DNA from: Eledone cirrhosa | Taxonomy: Eukaryota | Reading direction: 5' to 3' | Assembly: GCA_964016885.1 (NCBI GenBank) | Contig: OZ024742.1 | Location: forward strand, 311,674,001-311,738,000 | DNA length: 64,000 nt | Part shown: piece after piece, positions 1 to 17,327 of the stretch | Position numbering within the stretch: the stretch's first letter is position 1 | How the letters are laid out: every line of letters starts with the position of its first letter | Made by a program: the position numbers and the translations under genes | The notes under the pieces: generated by a model | What the model was told of the DNA's origin: nothing | What the model saw: the letters and a program-made list of their open reading frames with translations, nothing else | The model's database searches: none

Positions 1-14
1 TATATATATATATA

Positions 15-118
15 TTAAAATAACAGATTAAAGTTTAAGCAAAGAATCGCTGCTTTCACCCTTAACGGGATCTTCTGAAACTAACAAAGTCAATCTGTGA
101 ACGCAGAAGTGAATATTT
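15..118 (-). mobile_element. PLE pseudo-LTR fragment (family A) with hammerhead motif at 32-82
   Basis: Reverse complement reads AGTTT-CAGAAGA-TCCC-gttaa-GGGT-GAAA-GCA..TGC-TT-AAACT. The same sequence recurs at ~2935-3145(-), 13275-13490(+), 54110-54300(-) and 56370-56627(+). Abuts (TA)n. Confidence 0.75.
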
Positions 119-710
119 ATGGTTCTCGTTGATGGCACTGGCAAACCTGACTTCCCTCTATAAGGTTCCACCCGCTGACATTCTGAGTTTTACGATCACC
201 TCGGTACTAGATTTACTGACCTTTGATTTAACCCGATGCCAATAAAATACACCTCACACCATCTGGGAGACGTTTACTAACATGGAATTGCCTTAGCTCA
301 ATTAACCTCAAAATAAAATTAGTGTAAAAGATATTTACACTCAGGTCTTTTGTTCACCTCTCCCTTATTTTGAATATACATTACTCTGAATTTAGTTTAG
401 TTTTGTAACTATTCATAGAGCCATCCATAGTACATTTGGACTTTTTTGTCTATATTTCTGATTGTTTTATACTCAATTTTTGGAATTGACAGATTAGTTG
501 GTGAGCTATTTTTAGCGTTCCTACGAACCTGTCACCTGACCTCTTGTTGCCAATTTCATCCATGCCATTGCGTATGCATCTTTTTTAAGAAAACACATGT
601 ATTGGCTTGATGAAAAAAAAAAAATTACTTTATTGTCCGAGACTTTCCTCTGATGAAAAACGTGTCTATCAATGTTGATTGTTTTCATTAACAAAGATAA
701 TTAATTGTTT

Positions 711-888
711 CTACTTTAGGCACAAGGCCAGCAATTACCAGTGCATTACTGGTACTTTATTTTATCGACCCCGTAAGGATGAAAGGCAAAGTCAACCTCG
801 GCGGGATTTGAACTCAGATGGTAAAGGGACGTAACTATGCTGGAAAGCATGGCGTCCGACCCTCTACCGATACTGCCAATCCGCCGCC
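711..888 (-). mobile_element. tRNA-derived SINE (octopus-type, GCCTTTCATCC..GGGGTCGATAAA core)
   Basis: Minus strand has A-box TGGCAGTATCGG and B-box GAGTTCAAATCC. Near-identical copies at 17640, 29481 and 52553. Flanked by duplicated ATTAACAAAGATAATTAAT. Confidence 0.85.
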
Positions 889-1024
889 CTTATTAACAAT
901 TAACAATTAACAAAGATAATTAATATTGTTCTTGCATTTTGAATCTGCAGTGACGGAAAATCGACGTGAGTGTAAATATCTTTTACTCTAAATTTATTTT
1001 GCTGGCGTTTCACTTGTTCTGAAC

Positions 1025-1062
<38 letters not shown>

Positions 1063-1117
1063 TTCAGTAGGGAAATGTGAAGTGGAGTGAGCTAATACAT
1101 TAAATTGCCCCTCCAGC

Positions 1118-1168
<51 letters not shown>

Positions 1169-1205
1169 AAAGCAGCGATTCTTTGCTTAAACTTTAATCT
1201 GTTCT

Positions 1206-1252
<47 letters not shown>

Positions 1253-1256
<4 letters not shown>

Positions 1257-1355
1257 AAGTATGACCCCGACGGCAGAGCTCAAGCCGTGTCGACGGCTAT
1301 TTCTGAAATAGCCGTCGAAACGGTTTGAGCTCTGCCGTCGGGGTCATACTTTTTC
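1253..1355. mobile_element. Mini fold-back derived from a family-B-like PLE pLTR (half hammerhead)
   Basis: Near-perfect 103-bp palindrome between (TA)n tracts. The arm TAGCCGTCGAAACGG.TTGAGCTC.GCCGTCGGGGTC matches 39001-39037. Confidence 0.75.
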
Positions 1356-1370
1356 CTATATATATATATA

Positions 1371-1643
1371 GTGGAGGCACGTGGCCTAGTGGTAAGAGTG
1401 TTGGACTTACGATCATAATGTCGTGGGCTCGATTCCTGGGTTGCGTGTTGTGTTCTTGAGCAAAACACTTCATTTCACGTTGCTCCAATATACTCAGCTG
1501 AAAATGAGTACCTGGAGGTTTAACCCTGCGATGGGCTGGCGTCCTGTCCAGGGGGGAGTCTTGTACTCTCAATCGCTTCACGCCATGAAACCGGGATAAG
1601 CACCGGCCAAATGAGCCTTGTGGCTTAAGACAGACTTTAGACA
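1371..1643 (+). mobile_element. tRNA-derived SINE (second family)
   Basis: A-box TGGCCTAGTGG and B-box-like GGCTCGATTCC, followed by a TGTGTTCTTGAGCAAAACACTT core typical of invertebrate SINEs. Confidence 0.8.
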
Positions 1644-3571
1644 ATATATATATATATATATAAGAACAGATTAAAGTTTAAGCAAAGAATCGCTGCTTTC
1701 ACCCTGAAGGTTTCAGTCGTGAACTTATTTGCATGGGATGTAACACTGTCTTTGTTCAATTTCTGTGTATATTGTCAATTACGATTTTATTTGATGTATA
1801 TCTACATGCATATATTTTTTTATTTTATTAAATAACGTTACAAATGGGAGTGGAAATATAAACACATTTAATATCTATAAAGCATATAAATAAATTTACA
1901 GTAGAATAACATAACAAATATGTTTTAAATATATACATAAATAACATTAAAAATGCTTAGATAACATTATAAATTGCTCGCGATTCTGTCAGAAGGATAT
2001 GTTCATTTAATGTTGCAATATTAAAGAAAATGTAAAGGAAGAGGTGAACAACCGAGCCACCACCTTAGCAAAAGACAGCAGCGAGGAGTACTGGGCAACC
2101 TCTCTAATGATTTTTGAGGCAAGCCAGCACACTCGCAGTGTTACCTCGGGTGATAGCGATGTGCGCACAACATATGCTAGCAGAAAACCACCCGGCAGGG
2201 TGGTTTTTCTGCCAGTATTTATAATACATACTAGCAGTGTATCCCGGCGTTGCACGGGTAAGAACATTGGTATTATCACCTCCAATGAGAAACGTTTATT
2301 TGTGAGTGGCTGTTAAAAACTCACGAAAATATACCGACAGGAAACTTGTTTTATTTGGAGAAAATTAAGAAGTTGAAAGTACAGTTTAGCTGTCTACGTG
2401 CATTGTTCATAGAAATATTGTTGAGCCCCTTCTTTTCATACTCCTCTGTTTTGGCCTTTTGGAGTAAATGTGAAAGAGAAAGTCACAGGTTAAGTTGGCA
2501 GAAGGTTCTAGTGTCATAGCAATAAGGCGTAGGCTACTTACCTCAAAAGTTCATTTGCACTCTTTCCACTAAGTTACTCTTTCTCTCTATCCTTGTCGGT
2601 GCAGTCCCTTGCGAATTTCTCGCGTAGGCCTGGTGTAGATTTGCACCCGATCCATCTACCTGATGCACATGTCCACTTTGTACGGCTTTTGGAGGAAGGA
2701 GTGACCAGCAGTACGTTGTTCGGTATTATTACTAAAAGATGTAGCAGAGAATCCCGCGTGAACTAACAGCTCGAGAGGAAACTGTTTACCTCGAAGATTC
2801 ACTCGCCCTCGTTCTTGTCAATGCTCCGTTTAGTAGGTATTTGTTGGTCTACAGTTAGATGAATGGCGCACAAAGGGTTAATGTTTATTAACAAGAAGTG
2901 CAGCTGGGCTGGCTTGCCTCGCTTATATTATATATTAAAATAACAGATTAAAGTTTAAGCAAAAAATCGCTGCTTTCACCCTTAACGGGATCTTCTGAAA
3001 CTAAAAAAATCAATCTGTGAACGCAGAAGTAAATATTTCGAAAAGGTTGCAACCGAAGGAAAACATGAAGACGATACTTTGGTTCGTGAAGATGTTCCCT
3101 GGCAATGAACGGAAAATAGCGAACATAATACGTCATCAATGTTTGTCAGAATGTCGTAATGCAGACAGCCAGGCATACAGACAGATATTATAAGAGCGCG
3201 ACGGAGATGGATAACCGGCGCCTAACACCCCTTTAACAACAGAAAATTGAAAAATAAAAGACCGCAAGGAATATATAAATGCAAGTTTGAAGTCAATCGG
3301 AGTAGAAATGTGGATTTGTATAGACTTTGCAAGAATGAGGACACACACAGACAACTGCAGTTTTATATATATAGATAGCTAGTTTTTGTTTGTTTGTATG
3401 TCTGTTTGCGCGCGCGTGTGTGTGTATTTCTCTGTGTATGTGTGTGTATATCCTTCAACATATAGGCAACGCAACATAACTTTAAAAAAAACACTTTCAC
3501 TATAATGACAGGTTGTTGAGAACATTCAAAAACTGACGCCAAAATAGTTTAAAATATTCCTTTATTTACAG

Positions 3572-3886
3572 CTGAGGTTCACAAACGTTTTGGGCCACCG
3601 TCCCCCTCACGGCTACGTAATACCCTCAGCGCTTCCCACCCCTATATCCAGAGAGACCTACCTTTATGCAAATTGTAAATAATATATAATAAATAAAAAA
3701 ATTAATTTATTTGTAATAAATAATATAATATATACTATGTATAAATAAATATTATATATTTTTTATTCTACTATGTTTATATATAATATGTATTATTTGA
3801 TATTATAATATAGTATTATATCATCTCAACTCCCCACCGCCCCTTTAGGCTCCAGCCCCCCCCCCCGCGGACTTTGAGAACATCTG
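3572..3886. mobile_element. hAT-type MITE
   Basis: 8-bp TSD ATTTACAG at 3564-3571 and 3887-3894; imperfect TIRs CTGAGGTTCACAAA / TTTGAGAACATCTG. Confidence 0.7.
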
Positions 3887-3972
3887 ATTTACAGTATGTT
3901 AATGTTTTACACGGAAAAAGAACTCCCACGAAGCTACTAGATAGCAACCTGTTGATTTCAGAAATCCTCCAA

Positions 3973-4925
3973 TCTATATATATAAAACTGTGGTTGTCTG
4001 TCTGTCTATCGATTTTTGGCACACATCTCCTCTTAGAATCTCTCACGGAATTGCAGCGAAATTGCTATACTTGTACATTGAGCCCTAGCGAAGACATCGG
4101 AAAAAAAATAATTTCAAATTGACCCACCCTATGTGACGAAATCGAATATAATGTATCGATTTTTGAGCGTAAGTTATCAGTTATTTCCCTTTGTTCTGTT
4201 TACATTGAGCGTCTTACGTAAAAAATTACGCTGGCTTTCTCAGCGTTTAAAATGACATTAACACAATACACGAACGAACAGTTGTCGAGCCAGCAAAATA
4301 TTGACCTGCAAAATTCATCAGTTCGAACACTAAGCTTCCGTTTTGCTTCATTTCCATTTAAAAGCATTTTAAAACAATATTTTTACTTGAAAACAAGCCT
4401 ATTTAAAGACTACGTAAAACAAGCAAATATTTCGTCGTTAGGCGTGCAGACAGACAGTCGTGCAGACAGACAGTCGTGCAGAGAGGTGATATACGCGTGC
4501 AGACAGATAGTCGTGCAGAGAGGTGATATAGGCGTGCAGACAGACAGTCGTGCAGAGAGGTGATATAGGCGTGCAGACAGACAGTCGTGCAGAGAGGTGA
4601 TATAGGCGTGCAGACAGACATAACTGATAATTTGGTTACGCTAATGTTTTTCTCTGCGTTGCAGTGTTTACATATTCGATCTTTGTTAATAAATAACCAG
4701 TGCAGTTTTTATCCCCAGCATCCTCTTCTGTTATAACATTCGGGTTATCGTTATGTTTTCTTAACTTCATAAGGCATATTGTTGGTTGAGGGAATATTAA
4801 TCAAAAACACCACATGCAAGTCTGCACAGTAGACACTACAGTTTTTAAGCCAAAAAAGAAACTTAACATTGTAACTTTAACACAGCTACTGAGCGACCCC
4901 GAGCAACGCCGGGCTTTACTGCTAG
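3973..4925 (+). mobile_element. Non-autonomous Helitron
   Basis: 5' TCTATATATATAAAA, 3' hairpin CCCGAGCAACGCCGGG then CTAG, inserted between A and T. Internal ~38-bp minisatellite at 4441-4620. A related 5' end lies on the minus strand at ~3375 and a 3' end at ~2231-2258(-). Confidence 0.8.
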
Positions 4926-5361
4926 TAAACAATAAAACTTACTAACTAAATAATACACATAATGTGATTGTTGTAAATATATAGAACATGTCGAGACAAA
5001 TAAGTGCACAACTAACAAATACATTGTTATATTTGGGAATGGTCATGTTGTTCTAATATTGTAAAAAATAGTAAAACATACTCATTGTTTGGTTTGTTTT
5101 TCGCTTCATTATATTTTTATATTTTTTATAAATAACTAACAAAAGAGTCCGTCGTTGCCGGACACACCTTTCGCCACTTTAAATACCCCCTCCCCAACTC
5201 TCTCCTCAACATGGCTGTCTTTAAATCGCCCCCAGAACTCTGCTATTTTAGGAGAAAGCAAGATTTAAAGTATATGCTGACATGCTTCGGGAGCTAAATA
5301 ACTATGTATTAAATTTAAACAAAATCGGACGGAAACTGTCTGCATGCAGACAGATATTTTC

Positions 5362-5454
<93 letters not shown>

Positions 5455-5864
5455 GCTGCCAATCAATGTTTATCATTGATTGAAAGTTAAAAATATTAAT
5501 ATAAATATAATTTCTCAAAGTTCTTTCTCACACATTTCTGTGACATCTTCAGTTTTCTTATTTATTACGTAAATAAATACATTTAGCGCGTAAATATTAT
5601 GATAATGTACAAACAAAAAGTAAACAAACGAGCCAAAAATATAGCAAAACACAATGGGAATACATACAGAAATTAGTAAAAGTTTGGTGGAACATTCAAA
5701 CTGTAACATGACTAAATATAACATAAGGCAGTAAATGAGATCTAAGCAAGCGTGTTGTTTTGAAGATGGCGACTGAAGTTTGAAATTGAGTTAGAAATAG
5801 TAGCTTTCGCGGCATTTTGACAAGAGAAAATTAGCCTGATAGTGGGGTTTAAAACTCTCTAAAT

Positions 5865-6211
5865 CAGCGGTCGCCAACCTTTCGGACCTCACGAACCACT
5901 AAATTCATAATTTTAAATCCCGCGGACCACTAATATGAATTAATGTCCAATGGTCGAAACAATCCTGAAGCCTACGTGCGTCATATTTTCGATAGATGAT
6001 ACATATGTGTAACATTCTTTCATGGATGTTAGTTCTTTATTGAGGAGAAACATTTTTTAGGGATGTTATAAAATATATTTTAACCGAATATCATTTTTGT
6101 TTTATTATTAATTTAACATAAAAATTGCAAATAATGTCCACATTTTTATGTGGACCACCAAAATTTCCTTTCACCACCAGTGGTCCGTTGACCACCGGTT
6201 GGTGACCACTG
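5865..6211. mobile_element. hAT-type MITE nested in an older fold-back element
   Basis: 8-bp TSD CTCTAAAT at 5857-5864 and 6212-6219; TIRs CAGCGGTCGCCAACC / GGTTGGTGACCACTG. Confidence 0.85.
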
Positions 6212-6384
6212 CTCTAAATGGAAAAAGGGTGGGTTTTGAGAGGGTCTTAAACCACACTATCAGGCTAATTTTCTTTAGTAAAAATGCGGCGATACCTTCT
6301 ATTTCTAACTCAGTAAATAATATGTTCATAAAGGTAAAGTTGTTGTGCCAAAATGTGTGTGAGTTTGTGTTGCGCTAGCGACTG

Positions 6385-6662
6385 TTCCGATGACAAATGC
6401 TCCAGCTTGGTCAACAGAACAGCGCATTCATGAAATAAATGTGCATTCTGAGCATTCAATATACACGTGCACCTATAGCACAATTCTCGGGGAGATACAG
6501 CGTGACACAGTGTGTGATAAGGCTGGACCACTGACTTACAGCTACAACTTATTTTCCCCAGCTGAATGCACTGGAAACTGGAGAAATGTATTTCCGGGAA
6601 TCGAACCCACGTTCGTACGATCGAGAGCTGAACAACCTAACCACTAACCCACACGCCTCCAC
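6385..6662 (-). mobile_element. tRNA-derived SINE (third family, octopus-like body)
   Basis: Minus strand GTGGAGGCGTGTGGGTTAGTGG (A-box) ... GGTTCGATTCC (B-box), then a CCAGCCTTATCACACACTGTGTCACGCTG body. Confidence 0.7.
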
Positions 6663-7052
6663 AGTGTCAAAATAATAGAGAAAAAATTACACTAAATAAG
6701 CAAAAGGAAAATTCTAGAACGAGAATGTGTTGGTCAGCCAGAAGTCAAATCGAGGCAATGTATGAATAACATGAGTTTCTATAATGTTGGGTAGGCTCAA
6801 ACCGAAGCACAGTGCTTAGAGATGTACTAAGATCTTAAACGCTCTTCAAGCCGTTAAGTAATGATTAGTTAAAATAGTGTTAAACATAGCCACCTAATAT
6901 GCAAAATAAGACAGGTCGATTTTGTGAATCTGATAGTGTAAGTGCGATACGTTAACTGATATATAAAACAAAACATTTTTGGAACAGCTTTTTCGTGTCA
7001 AATTTCTACAAAATGAAATCCCAGTATATATATATATATACATATATATATA

Positions 7053-7131
<79 letters not shown>

Positions 7132-7303
7132 TGTGTATATATGCAAAAAGTTAATGAGGAAAAACAATACAGTACAATGATGATGTATATTAGTTTAACG
7201 CTTGATATAGTAGGAAAAGTGTCTAAACAATTCGGAGGTTAGTCCTTTGTCGGAAGCTAGAATGTGAAATAGCAGAAATAGAGTAAGAAAAGAAAGAATA
7301 TAC

Positions 7304-7343
<40 letters not shown>

Positions 7344-7348
<5 letters not shown>

Positions 7349-8162
7349 TTCAAAATATTAATAAAATAGATATTCTTGTGATCAATTATATTTTATTATA
7401 CATATTTCCGAGGTACTGAGTTAAGTTCAACAGTACGTCCTCATCAGATAAAATAAATGATACATGACATACCCTGACATAGTAGATGGTTAAGATTTAA
7501 TCATGGTAGTGATTAACTTATGACAAAACTCAATATTTATACCCTAATATTGAGAACAGGAGATAACATAATACAAATAATAGAGAGGGTGCGTGTAATA
7601 GAGTTTAAGAAATACATGGCATCAATATAACAGTTATAAACATTTTTTTAATTTTTAAAAACTACTGGAGAAAGAGGAGGGATAGGAAAGCATAGAGGAA
7701 GAAACAGCTGATGTGATAATATATTATTAGATGAAAGATGATTAAAGAGAGAGAGAGACAAAGGGGAGTAATTTATGTTCAAGTTTATATACACAGATCT
7801 CCATATAAGCAATACATGTCCAAAATAATATAGTTGGCGGTTAATTTTCAAAATATTTATGTTCTCAATATTAGGGTATAAATATTGAGTTTTGTCATGA
7901 GTTAATCACTACCATGACTAAATCTTAACCATCTACTATTTCAAGGTATGCCATGTATCATTTATTTTATCTGATGAGGACGTACTGTTGAACTTAACTC
8001 AGTACCTCTGAAATATGTATAATAAAAGATCACAAGGATATATATTTTGCTAATATTTTGAATCAATATTAATAACTGTGGAAAACATTTTTTGTTGAGT
8101 GCTTCCAATCTATTATATAACTCATTCTTTGATGTATTCATTGAACCTTGTTTAACTTTTAA

Positions 8163-8165
<3 letters not shown>
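7344..8165 (+). mobile_element. Fold-back PLE-end insertion with HHR (7965-8027 +; mirror copy ~7391-7453 -)
   Basis: TTTTAT-CTGATGA-GGACGTACTG..CAGTACCTCT-GAAA-TATGTA-TA-ATAAAA; ~210-bp inverted arms; (TA)n on both sides. Confidence 0.75.
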
Positions 8166-8258
<93 letters not shown>

Positions 8259-8344
8259 AAAATGTTCAAGACTGACTCTACTACCCAAAGTACTGAGTAC
8301 TCTGGTGCGTTATGGTCCACCTGATTCCTTACCACACTCCTTCG

Positions 8345-8399
<55 letters not shown>

Positions 8400-8401
<2 letters not shown>

Positions 8402-8622
8402 TAGAACACCGGAAGGTAATGTCCATAGTGGGAGAGCACTCAGTCCATGGGACGAGTTTTGTAGAAGAAGTAACACAACAGTTAGTTCACCATACCGAGA
8501 ACAATTGTTTCACCTTATGCGGATCTTCAGCTCGAATTTCGAGCTGTCCGAGCTGAAGATCCGCATAAGGTGAAACAATTGTTCCCGGTGTGATGAACTA
8601 ACTGTTGTATTACTACTTCTAT
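8400..8622 (-). mobile_element. Mini fold-back with minimal HHR (8548-8588 +; ~8495-8534 -)
   Basis: CCGAG-CTGAAGA-TCCGCATAAGGT-GAAA-CAATTG-TT-C(T/C)CGG, with palindromic stem III AACAATTGTT. Confidence 0.75.
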
Positions 8623-8624
8623 CT

Positions 8625-11371
<2,747 letters not shown>

Positions 11372-11379
<8 letters not shown>

Positions 11380-11687
11380 GTGAGGTTTTTTTTACAAAAT
11401 GAAAAATAACCGAGGTGTCCTACACGAGTGAAAGTATAAAGAAAAAGAGATGAAATCGAAAATGCAACTGGAGTCTTATTTTTTTAAAAAATATATATAT
11501 TTATTTTGTTCCTTTACCGGTTTCGCAGTTCTTCTACTTTTCAGATGTGAGAAAAACCACAGACCCTCCATCTCAACTCACCTTTTGAAAAGCAGAAGAA
11601 CTGCGAAACCGGCAAAGAAACCAAATAAATATATATATTTAAAAAAAAAATAAGACTCCAGTTGCATTTTCGATTTTATCTCTTTTT

Positions 11688-11693
<6 letters not shown>
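11372..11693 (-). mobile_element. Fold-back (family F) with U3:A8-variant HHR
   Basis: CCTT-TTGAAAA-GCAG-aagaa-CTGC-GAAA-CCGG-(T/C)A-AAG at 11581-11617(+); mirror copy at ~11510-11544(-); second copy at 48413-48628(-). Confidence 0.7.
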
Positions 11694-11757
<64 letters not shown>

Positions 11758-11760
<3 letters not shown>

Positions 11761-11985
11761 AAAAATGGAGTGCTGCGTGGTTGCACATGGGTTACATATG
11801 AATAAAATTAGTCCTTCATCAGTGATCTTCCAACCTTCATTGGTATTTCATCGCTTTAAAAATCATATACCTCTGGTTGGTGAGAGCAATAACTAAATAA
11901 AGTTATTGGGACAAGTAAAATAGGGTGAAACGAGCGAGAAATGTAAACAAACAACGATGGTATTGCAACGGAAAGATTTTATTTA
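11758..11985 (-). mobile_element. Fragment of the ORF-less TA-inserted family X
   Basis: Reverse complement contains GCGATGAAATACCAATGAAGGTTGGAAGATCACTGATGAAGGAC...CCACGCAGCAC, as at 47075-47160. Confidence 0.6.
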
Positions 11986-12057
11986 TATATATATATATAT
12001 AGATATATATATATATATATATATAGATATAAAGGTATATAAAGTTATAAATATATA

Positions 12058-13235
12058 TGTTTTGCATCGGGTCACTTTGTGGCTCAATGAAGAATTAATA
12101 AATTAAATAATCAGAGCTATATATCATAAAACATGTCCATAGAATCACCAGATAAAATATATACCGTTTCCTCTCCCAATTAGCATAATTAACCATATAA
12201 AAAATCAATTAGACCAAGCTATAAAAATAAAGGCTCCTATGAAGAAATCTCCGACAAATAACCGAAAGCAGCCCCTTCGCGGCGGCTACGACGGATCATT
12301 TATCGAATATTTCGACAGCATGTATGAATCGACCTGATATACAGTCAACTACACAGAATTAGGTGTAAAATAAACTAGAAGAAAAGGGTACATATTTAAT
12401 TACCTCTACCATGGTTTCATCCGCATTTTAAGACATGCGATAACATTGGATATCTAGAGCTTCGGATTCTTCAGGAAGTTAGCTCAAATTTAGACAATTA
12501 ATTTTCCAAAGTGATCGCGCCAAGAATACATTCAAAAATGGCTAAGAATCGTGACGTGAAGCGGTCAAGTTAGAAAGGATGTGATTAGTTGCTTACGGCT
12601 GGTAGGCTTTTTGCTAGAAAGCGCAGCCCAATACAGCCAAAATTGTATCTCAACCTAACGGGAGATTATTACATATATAATAATCTCCCGTTAGGTTGAG
12701 ATACAATTTTGAGATACAATTTTGGCTGTATTGGGCTGCGCTTTCTAGCAAAAAACCTACCAGCCGTAAGCAACTAATCACATCCTTTCTAACTTGACCG
12801 CTTCACGTCACGATTCTTAGCCATTTTTGAATGTATTCTTGGCGCGATCACTTTGGAAAATTAATTGTCTAAATTTGAGCTAACTTCCTGAAGAATCCGA
12901 AGCTCTAGATATCCAATGTTATCGGATGTCTTAAAATGCGGATGAAACCATGGTAGAGGTAATTAAATATGTACCCTTTTCTTCTAGTATATTTTACACC
13001 TAATTCTGTGTAGTTGACTGTATATCTGGTCGATTCATACATGCTGTCGAAATATTCGATAAATGATCCGTCGTAGCCGCCGCGAAGGGGCTGCTTTCGG
13101 TTATTTGTCGGAGATTTCATCATAGGAGCCTTTATTCTTATAGCTTGGTCTAATTGATTTTTTATATGGTTAATTATGCTAATTGGGAGAGGAAACGGTA
13201 TATATTTTATCTGGTGATTCTATGGACATGTTTTA

Positions 13236-13240
<5 letters not shown>
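12058..13240. mobile_element. ~1.1-kb fold-back PLE-end insertion with HHR (12883-12960 +; mirror copy ~12401-12480 -)
   Basis: ~550-bp near-perfect arms centred near 12677; ACTTC-CTGAAGA-ATCCG..CGGAT-GAAA-CCATGG-TA-GAGGT. Confidence 0.8.
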
Positions 13241-13279
<39 letters not shown>

Positions 13280-13537
13280 TTCGAAATATTTACTTCTGCG
13301 TTCACAGATTGATTTTTTTTTAGTTTCAGAAGATCCCGTTAAGGGTGAAAGCAGCGATTCTTTGCTTAAACTTTAATCTGTTATTCTAATAAATATTTTC
13401 TCTAGGGTTCTCATATATTTGATATATATTTATCCTTATCAAGCCCTCTTTGGATTTTAGTCTTCACATTTATTATTATTACTATTATTATTAATATATA
13501 TCTATATATCTATATATATATAACTGTTGTGTTACTA

Positions 13538-13623
<86 letters not shown>

Positions 13624-13627
<4 letters not shown>

Positions 13628-14021
13628 GGAGGTGAGTTTTATTGTAGTACAATAAAGCAATGCAGATATCGGATAAGAAGCACTCTACAGTTTGTAGGAC
13701 TGGAGTATACATAATATAAGATCAAAAGATGGTTAAAGGAGTTCCATGTATTTTATTATGCGCATTTCAAAAACAAACATCATCATGCAATAATATTTGT
13801 GTTTTCATCAGATAAAACAGGAGAACATGATATGAAGGCTAAAAAACACTTGTGGATAGTGCAGTTGATTTAAAACTGCACTATCCACAAGTGTTTTTTA
13901 GCCTTCATATCATGTTCTCCTGTTTTATCTGATGAAAACACAAATATTATTGCATGATGATGTTTGTTTTTGAAATGCGCATAATAAAATACATGGAACT
14001 CCTTTAACCATCTTTTGATCT

Positions 14022-14030
<9 letters not shown>
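13624..14030 (-). mobile_element. Fold-back family C insertion, HHR at 13923-13989(+) and mirror copy
   Basis: TTTTAT-CTGATGA-AAAC..GTTTTT-GAAA-TGCGCA-TA-ATAAAA; palindrome centred near 13871; tail on the left arm only. Confidence 0.8.
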
Positions 14031-14081
<51 letters not shown>

Positions 14082-14082
14082 T

Positions 14083-15365
<1,283 letters not shown>

Positions 15366-15371
15366 TATATA

Positions 15372-15611
15372 TATCGCCGTATTTTGACTAAAGAAATTAA
15401 AGAAAATTATTTAGGCTGATAGTGGGGTTAAGAACCCTCGGAGAAATGGAAAAAGATGAGTATTGACGTAAATACTCATCTTTTTCCATTTCTCCGAGGG
15501 TTCTTAACCCCACTATCAGGCTAAATAATTTTCTTTAATTTCTTTAGTCAGAATACGGCGATAGCTTACATTTATAATTTCAAACCCGCTCGCTGTTTCG
15601 AAAATATTCCT

Positions 15612-15616
<5 letters not shown>
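15372..15616. repeat. Fold-back element without a clear HHR (family also at 16335-16603 and ~5780-6312)
   Basis: ~95-bp near-perfect arms containing CTGATAGTGGGGTT..AACCCTCGGAGAAATGGAAAAAG; TA-flanked; extra tail on one side. Confidence 0.7.
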
Positions 15617-15659
<43 letters not shown>

Positions 15660-16125
15660 ACGAAGAGTATTTAATGTAACGAAAGGTATTAATAGTGGTT
15701 GTTAGATGAAATAAAAAGAATAGCTGATTTACTTCATATATAAAAAGGTTTACTTCACTTGAGTCAAAAAGAACAGTAAATAAGTTACCAGGAGTCGCGA
15801 AGATTGACGATGTTTTTTTGTTGTTGGTTCATGCGGCTGGTGTAGTCTGCGACCATGAGAAAGAGAGAGTAATGGTCTGTAGTTGTCTGTAGACCTCGGC
15901 GGCCTGAAGGTAGCGGTGAATCTTTCACATAGCTTGTCTGTATCGTGGTGCTTCGATCTCTCTGTGTAAAACGTGGGAAAATATAGTCTTTATATACCTG
16001 TCGCTTTCTGTCTCCCTCCCTCGAGGGATCTCCCACGCATGAACCTGTTTACGCCGAAAAGGATGGTGACCTAGAATTTGACTTTTAGGTGTCACCCAAG
16101 GTTCAGGGCGTGGACAGATTTCGCT

Positions 16126-16186
<61 letters not shown>

Positions 16187-16270
16187 AAACTGGAATGGGA
16201 ACAAAAACAGAGAGGCAGTACAAACAAAGGTTTATTAGTTTCACGCTCTTGAAAGGTGGGGGGGGGGGTG

Positions 16271-16307
<37 letters not shown>

Positions 16308-16884
16308 GTATATGTATATGTATATATATATATATATTAAACAAGCAAATTATAAACGTAAACATGTAAGTATTTTTTTGAAACGGTGCGCGAGTTTGAA
16401 ATTAGAAATTAGAAATTATAAGCTTTCACCGTATTTTAGACTAAAGAAATTTCTAGCCTCATAGTGGGGTTTATAAACCTCGGAGAAATGGAAAAAGATG
16501 AGTGTTGCCGTACGGCAACACTCATCTTTTTCCATTTCTCCGAGGTTTATAAACCCCACTATCAGGCTAGAAATTTCTTTAGTCTAAAATACGGTGAAAG
16601 CTTATATATATATGTGTTCTTTAATGCGAAGAAATACCGATGATAGTCAGAAGATCACTGATGATGGACAGTCCTGTTTCTTGCTCTATTTTTCATTCAT
16701 ATGTATCACATTCGCAACGACGCAGCACGCCATTTTTCATTCCTATAATTTGCCCCCTCGCTGCGACCTGTCTTTTTCTATCACCTTACTGCTATCCTCT
16801 CTCTATCTCTCTCCCCCTTCTCTCTTCTTGTACTTCTTATTTTCATTCACCCCCTCTGCTGGTCACACTCTCTCGGCTGGCCTC

Positions 16885-16962
<78 letters not shown>

Positions 16963-17143
16963 CACACATACACACACACACTCATATATATATACATGAA
17001 AAAATTCAGGACCCCAACGGCTGGGCTCAGGCCGTTTCAACAGCTAGATCCGAACACTGAATTGTTTCATATTACCCACTCTACTACCCCAAGTATCTAG
17101 TACTCTGGTGAGAAATCGTCTAACTGGTTTATACCGCTGCCAT

Positions 17144-17235
<92 letters not shown>

Positions 17236-17286
17236 CGATGAAATACCAATGATGGTTGGAAGATCACTGATGAAGGACTAACTTTA

Positions 17287-17324
<38 letters not shown>

Positions 17325-17327
<3 letters not shown>

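Noticed and set aside
1371-1445. tRNA gene (also 6590-6662 and the SINE heads)
   Set aside because: A and B boxes run into SINE bodies and no complete cloverleaf is evident.
1990-2920. Possible host exon or transposase remnant (also 121-300)
   Set aside because: Higher-complexity sequence, but I found no recognisable motif or consistent open frame.
4441-4620. CRISPR-like regular repeats
   Set aside because: Head-to-tail ~38-bp minisatellite with no unique spacers, inside a Helitron, in a eukaryotic context.
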